Source: Azolla caroliniana
Taxonomy: Eukaryota; Plantae; Polypodiophyta
Length of the DNA: 64,000 bases
Direction of reading: 5' to 3'
NCBI GenBank assembly: GCA_043228905.1
Contig: JBHGNT010000001.1
Coordinates: 12,152,001 to 12,216,000 of the forward strand
The stretch's first letter is position 1, and each line of letters starts with the position of its first letter. Below the pieces are notes generated by a model. That model did no database searches. It was not told the origin of the DNA and saw only the letters and a program-made list of their open reading frames with translations. Below are positions 61,772 through 64,000 of this stretch, piece after piece. A program made the translations under genes and the position numbers.

Positions 61772-63805
61772 TTAAGCTTCAGAAGCAATATAAGCCTCAC
61801 TGTTGTCTATGCTGTTCTTCTGATTTTCACGGAAAACCAAGTAATCGTTATAAGCACTTCTAACACCATGCAATTCATCTTCAGGAATTCTAGCCCATTC
61901 AAGCATCTCGAGCCACAATTTCCATTCATCGTCATCTTGCAACAATGTAACCATATGTGGAAGCAATACATGTTCCCAGAATTTCTCTTTCCTTTCAAGA
62001 ATCTGTTCCGACATTTTAAGCCTAGGTGGATCTTCAAAGTTCTTTGCTCCCTTGGGGAGAGGAGAAGTCCGGAAAGGGGAGAATTCATTGCCAGCCAGGA
62101 AAAGACCTTGTGATGGGGCCAGTGGTACTATGGCACGGCAAGATCGTGCCAAAGACATTGGTATTACATCTGATGGAAGCACTTCCCTCATCACAGCAAC
62201 AGCAGTACCTATCATTTTTCTAATCTGCAAATTACAGCAAGGATCCAAACGAAAAGAGCCTTTTTATGTCATCAAATAAAGTTATTATTATATGATTAAT
62301 TAGAAACCATTGTGACACATTAATGCGTGAAAACAGAAATGCAATAAAAACAAAAGCTAAGAAACATGTAGCATTAGCAAAAAGGAAGACTGATTTATCT
62401 AGTTGTGGTCATGGATTTTAAAAGCATAGTTACAGCAGGCATGTTTTGGATGATGCCATTTTACTTTATCAATACACCAGTTTCTTTTAAAAGACTGGAT
62501 TTTTCTTGAAAAGAAAAAAACTGCAGTACTAGAAGTATCTTTAGACGCCCCTTAATTGCAATCTCATAATAAAGAATGATACTTGAATAATCTGAACAAT
62601 GTTTTTAGAAAATCTAGGGTGATCGTCCACCGAAGTACAAATGTGTCATTTCAAGTATTGCAGGCAGGCATCAGAAAAGATTTTCAAGGCTGAAAACATA
62701 GAAATCAAACATACACAAGGAACTTCTGAAAATGAGTCCAGCTTTGACTGACGCACCTCTTTATCACAAAAAGAGCAATAAGAACAAGATTGAATAATAT
62801 ATAGGGGGTCATAACTGAAAAGAAATACTGAAACTCTCTGTACAACATTGACATCTTGTGCATTATCCGTGACACATCAATTTCATCAAATATAAGCAAA
62901 ATAGGTGGCATGATGCATAAAATATAAACCCAAAAAGTGATGAAAATAATAATATGCAGAACGTGAATTTTTGTATATACCTGATGAAGCATAAATGATT
63001 CTCCATGAATAGTCAACCTCAAAAACTGCAAACCCTCATGCATCTGCAGCTCTCCACACTTAAAGGAATAAATATTTCTAAAATGTGCACTGGAAATCTT
63101 ATCTGCCAAATCAACTTGATGAAGCCACCTAAGTTTTGAAGGTCGAGATGAATTATTGATCTTATCATTGATCTGAGATCTGGAAGGAAAAGCGAGTAAT
63201 TCGTTTCCTACTGCTATTGTTGGACACCTGGATTCATCATCGTTTTCTACTGCTATTATTGGGCAACTGGACTCATCATCACTGGAATCCTCCAACAACC
63301 CCTCAGTAATGTCTTTCACTTCTTTGGTACGTTTTGAAAGTACCGTCTTGCTCCGGTATTGTGACCGCATTGTATAATTATGGTAAGGAAACCTCCCCTG
63401 AAAGGATTCAGACAATCATACAGTATTCTGAAAATATGGAATACATGTTTCAATTTTGATTCAATTTACATGAGAGAAAGAATGAGTGATTTAAGGTGCA
63501 TGACAAAAAGAATCTGATCCATACATATTTTGGACCACGGATCTCCTCGATAATGCTCTAATGCATCTAAAAGTAGAAGCAGAAAAGTATATCAAAGCAA
63601 TACTATTGTTCACCTCCTACTTGGGCATTTCTATTTCCTATATGAATAGTAAATGCGTACCTCAAATGAAGATAGAATATCCTGAAATCTACTAATCTTC
63701 TGTTGTATTTCTTCATCATTAGAGTCTAGAGTAATGTCAATTGCTGTAGCAGGTAGAAGATAGTAGTATGTGCGATTGCAACACTCTCTTCTTGGATCAA
63801 AAGAT
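61772..63805 (-). CDS. tRNA pseudouridine synthase (TruA/Pus1 family), 3' exons 63805-63661, 63397-62981, 62224-61772; 5' exons lie outside the window
   Basis: SFDPRRECCNRTYYYLLP; FEGRFPYHNYT; GESFMLHQIRKMIG; PLAPSQGLFL. Splice phases are consistent. Confidence 0.92.
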
Positions 63806-64000
63806 CTGCAAACCCAAAAATGTAGAAATATAGTACCATTCAGAAAGTTTTGAATCCTCCTCAAGATCATTTGGAAGGCATGTTTTTTTTCTGCAATATT
63901 TCAACTAATAGGTGAGTACTTTTTTCCATGAATCTAGGGCATTTTTCCTCATCTTCAGAACACTTAATCAATCAAAATTCTTCAATAAAGAAACATTCTA

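Overview
Repeat-rich land-plant nuclear DNA, most likely from a fern (inferred from the style of the PLS-PPR protein and the retroelement families; not verifiable here). Six protein genes: a 2-exon calmodulin with a substituted EF-hand 4 (+), an intronless PLS-E PPR protein (+), a 6-exon annexin (+), an acidic/NLS/coiled-coil protein of unknown function (-), a 17-exon GH47 EDEM/MNS4-type alpha-mannosidase (-), and the 3' part of a TruA-type tRNA pseudouridine synthase (-). Between them are nested retroelements: a copia element lacking RT/RNase H (holding a solo LTR and a short retroposon) inserted in an older tRNA-Trp-primed element; a Tf1/Tcn1-like gypsy element inside an old L1 LINE; and a full-length chromovirus whose protease active site is split by a solo LTR. 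The most unusual signals are (1) tRNA-like Pol III A-box/B-box cassettes at the outer U3 edge of two dissimilar LTRs that share one architecture, with a third copy in a retrotransposon leader; (2) an exact 11-nt self-priming PBS; and (3) a ~56-bp-period hairpin/spacer array in a possibly spliced retrotransposon leader. All calls are by eye, with no database searches.
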